A DNA stretch of 12,383 bases from Azolla caroliniana (lineage: Eukaryota > Plantae > Polypodiophyta), in the NCBI GenBank assembly GCA_043228905.1, contig JBHGNT010001073.1, positions 1 to 12,383 of the forward strand, written 5' to 3'. Position 1 is the first letter of the stretch, and the number at the start of each line of letters is the position of its first letter. Position numbers and translations under genes: made by a program. Shown here one piece after another: positions 9,972-12,383 of this stretch. The notes under the pieces were generated by a model. The model saw nothing but the letters and a program-made list of their open reading frames with translations. It was not told the DNA's origin and did not search any database.

Positions 9972-9983
9972 AATTCGGTTCAA
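9972..9983 (-). promoter_or_regulatory. Self-priming-type primer binding site TTGAACCGAATT
   Basis: Lies 2 nt after the LTR end. Exact reverse complement of 10164-10153 (AATTCGGTTCAA). It does not begin with the TGG of a tRNA PBS. Confidence 0.8.
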
Positions 9984-10057
9984 ACTATCAGGAATAGTAC
10001 TAAGACAGAGAGGGAATTAGTAGTAGAGATGAGGATTAGTACTACGAGGAAGGAAGT

Positions 10058-10083
10058 GAGAGAGAGAGAGAGAGAGAGAGAGA
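10058..10083. repeat. (GA)13 microsatellite in LTR R/U5
   Basis: Perfect dinucleotide run. Confidence 0.95.
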
Positions 10084-10188
10084 ATGATGATAAGAAACGA
10101 TATATTATATGAAGAGAGGATACAAGAACAACTAGGAGGCTTAAGACTGGCGTTGAACCGAATTGGTTCTCAATAATGTCATGTGCTT

Positions 10189-10198
10189 CTATTTATAG
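10189..10198 (-). promoter_or_regulatory. LTR TATA box CTATAAATAG
   Basis: Canonical plant TATA; its first T is 33 nt upstream of the inferred TSS at 10164. Confidence 0.75.
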
Positions 10199-10387
10199 TA
10201 TTTTCAAGAGTACTTCTAAAGTTTCTAGAATGTTCCAGAGTAGTAAGGAATATACATGAATTTCCTATAGTGAAATAATAAATGAAAATAATATTTTTCG
10301 TATTACAATGCATGGTTTAATGGTAAGGGTTCAACCGTTGTAACACAAGGTCATGGGTTCACATCTTTTTGGAGCCATATCATGACA

Positions 10388-12101
10388 TTGGGTCTTGCAA
10401 TACCCTTCAAACTATCCTCTGTACTCGCCACCATTGTTAGTTCGAACAACCTTCAACTTTCGACCCGACTCTCTTTCAGCTCTAGCTTGGAACTCTTTGG
10501 AGAACGACATTATTTGATCCTTCAACTTTAGTACAAAAGCCCACAACTTTCTACTATACTCGTCAATGAACGTTACAAAGTATTGTCCGCCACAAAGCGA
10601 TGGAGCACCCACATAGCATACATTTGTGTGTACCATTTCTAGTGCAACTTCTCTTCTCCTTGGTGGTCTCGAGTGAAATGTTGCTTTGTTCTGGCTTTCG
10701 GACCAGACATTCGACACATCTCTCCACTACACTCTTACTTCTAGAAGAAGTTTTTGGTCATCTAGTGTATGCATGCCTCTCTCACTCATGTGGCCAAGCC
10801 TCTTGTGCCATATCTCTCCACTTGAGTTAGCTACCATGTTTGTTTCATCCTTGCACAGTTTGGCATGCATCATATACAAGGTGGGCCGTGTTTTTGTGCT
10901 CGGGCGACTATGTGATTTCTCTTACAGAACTTCCATTTGTCGTTTCGAAAACTACCATTGTAGCCTTCATCATCTATTCTTCCAGTTTATATCAGATTCA
11001 CCCTGATATCTGCCACATGTCGGGCATCCCTCAGGGTCAGTCGACAAGCGGTCGACATTGTCAGGCATACACTTCCGATGCCGACTATCATGTATTCTCC
11101 ATTATCTCCCATCTTTACATAGCCATAGTCACTAGCTGTGTAAGGCGAGAAGCACTCTCTCGAGGTAGTTATATGGAACGATGCACAAGAGTCAATCACC
11201 CAAGTGCACTCTTCATTTGCAAGATTTGCACTCGCTTGCGCACAAATGAATAGAAGCTCTTCTTCACTTGTAGCCACGGTTGAAGTGCCCTTCTCTTCAG
11301 AAATTCTTCTGGGTTCTACATCGTTTGAGACACCTTTGTGTTTCTTAAGGTGTCAACAGTCCTTTTGGAAGTGTCTAGGTTTCCCGTAGTAATACATGTG
11401 AGCTTACCTCTAGACTTGGATCTGGCTTGGGACTTGTCTCTCTTTTGTGGACTCCTTTGCTTATTTCTTCCTCTGCCGGGATTTTGAGCCATATTTGTCG
11501 TTGACTGGGATAGGACGCCCTTGTCCTTCCTTCTTGTCTCCTCGTTTAAGATACTTATCTTTACCACTTGTAGAGACATGTTCTCTTCTTGGCACAAGGT
11601 ACTGAGTGACACCACCAGGTTCTCCTAGTTGTTCGACAAGGTACATAACAAAAGCAAGGCCTACAGTGCATCATCCAATGGAAACTTTGCTGCTTCAAGC
11701 TTATTCACCAACCCCATGAAGGTGTTAATGTGTACCACAATGCTTTCTCCATCTCTGTACTTCAGTTTCACGATTTTTCTCATCAGAGAGGTTTTGTTGA
11801 GGGCATTCTTCTTCTGGTACAACCCTGATAGTTTATGCCACATTTCGTAGGGCCCATTTGTGCCATTAGCAACGTGTTGTAGAACGCTCAGGTCTACACA
11901 CTGTTTGATGGTGGCCACCACTTTCCTGTTTAGGAGTTTCCATTTAGACTCCAATACCCTTGTGGGTATTTCACTTTTGTTTATGGGTTTGTACAAATCT
12001 TTGCCTATCAAAAGATCTTCCATCATGATCTTCCAGTTAGAGTAATTGTGTGAGTTCATGAAGTCTATCATACCTGGAAAGCCGCTCACACCTCCTTCCA
12101 T
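10388..12101 (-). pseudogene. Copia gag-protease-integrase polyprotein (degenerate)
   Basis: ATG at 12101 (MEGGVS...NSHNYSNWKIMMEDLL); gag core (EMWHKLSGLY); decayed zinc knuckle (C-YYY-GKPRHFQKDC); protease WVIDSCASFHIT; WHKRLGHMSE; integrase LEMVHTNVC, YFVTFIDEYSRKLW, VRTNNGGEY. Several stops and frameshifts. Confidence 0.92.
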
Positions 12102-12114
12102 TCTTGCACCTTTC

Positions 12115-12126
12115 GCCCTGATACCA
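12115..12126 (-). promoter_or_regulatory. Copia PBS (tRNA-iMet) TGGTATCAGGGC
   Basis: 11/12 match to TGGTATCAGAGC, 3 nt after the LTR end ...CCAACA. Confidence 0.9.
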
Positions 12127-12129
12127 GTT

Positions 12130-12383
12130 TGTTGGAGATAGGTTGTAAATCTGTAAGAAGGATTGACTGAAATGCACACTGCAGAAACAGAAAACAACAA
12201 GATAGCAAAGAATACACAACACACAATTTTAGTACGTGGAAGCCCTAAAACAGGGGAAAACCACGGGGCAATGGATTTTCACGATAAACAGTAGTATAGG
12301 TGTCTCTCTCTCTCTGTCTCTCTCGTGCACAAACTCGCACATCTTCCTAATCTCTGTTATGCACACACTTCTGCTACTACAAC
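12130..12383 (-). repeat. Copia 5' LTR (probably nearly complete, ~255 bp)
   Basis: On the plus strand it begins TGTTG at 12130, and the window ends ...CAAC, one base short of CAACA. Contains CCCCGTGGTTTTCCCC...CCACGT (minus) and a TC microsatellite at ~12303-12323. Confidence 0.85.

Larger units (their letters stand above)
6602..10387 (-). mobile_element. Ty3/Gypsy chromovirus (Tcn1/Tf1-like) LTR retrotransposon; degenerate, gag-less, 3'-truncated
   Basis: 5' LTR, PBS, then domain order PR-RT-RNaseH-IN-chromodomain. PPT and 3' LTR are absent. Confidence 0.93.
9986..10387 (-). repeat. 5' LTR (402 bp) of the chromovirus
   Basis: Minus strand starts TGTCATGA (10387) and ends TCCTGATA (decayed TCATGACA-like terminus, 6/8 inverted match). 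Contains a TATA box and a CT-rich R/U5. Copia homology stops exactly at 10388. Confidence 0.8.
10388..12383 (-). mobile_element. Ty1/Copia LTR retrotransposon (Tnt1/Tork-like), 5' half, truncated in the integrase by the chromovirus insertion
   Basis: 5' LTR, tRNA-iMet PBS, and order gag-PR-IN. Confidence 0.93.

Noticed and set aside
10306-10377. Functional tRNA-Thr gene
   Set aside because: Acceptor, anticodon and T stems do not pair well and a T5 run lies inside. Kept only as a tRNA-like finding.
10177-10387. 211-bp LTR bounded by a perfect TGTCATG...CATGACA
   Set aside because: It would put the TSS outside the LTR (TATA only ~12 nt from the end). The 9986 end fits the PBS position.
7013-12222. 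Plus-strand and alternate-frame ORFs over the retroelements (e.g. 7197-7496, 8877-9164, 10600-11253, 11629-12045) and the LTR-derived N-terminus of ORF 11661-12224
   Set aside because: Shadow frames of pol and gag. No antisense gag or other recognisable protein was found; the Copia gag starts at 12101, after the PBS.

Overview
Eukaryotic land-plant genomic DNA. A moss such as Physcomitrium is plausible, but this is inferred from the element types only. Left (1-1934, +): the last two coding exons of a TORTIFOLIA1/SPIRAL2-family microtubule-associated protein gene, joined by a phase-0 GT-AG intron. Middle (~3500-6060): a decayed repeat-rich block with inverted TAACCCGA/TCGGGTTA-type motif arrays, a ~135-bp tandem repeat and a spliced pseudogene with a C2H2-like motif; possibly an unclassified DNA transposon. 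Right (6062-12383): nested, degenerate LTR retrotransposons. These are a solo-like LTR (+), a Ty3/Gypsy chromovirus (-; PR-RT-RH-IN-chromodomain) and the Ty1/Copia element (-) into whose integrase the chromovirus inserted. Most interesting points: the chromovirus shows a Tf1-type self-priming signature (12-nt PBS complementary to its predicted transcript 5' end), has essentially no gag between PBS and protease, and carries a tRNA-like A-box/B-box module in U3. The unrelated solo LTR has a B-box/T-arm hairpin at a similar position.
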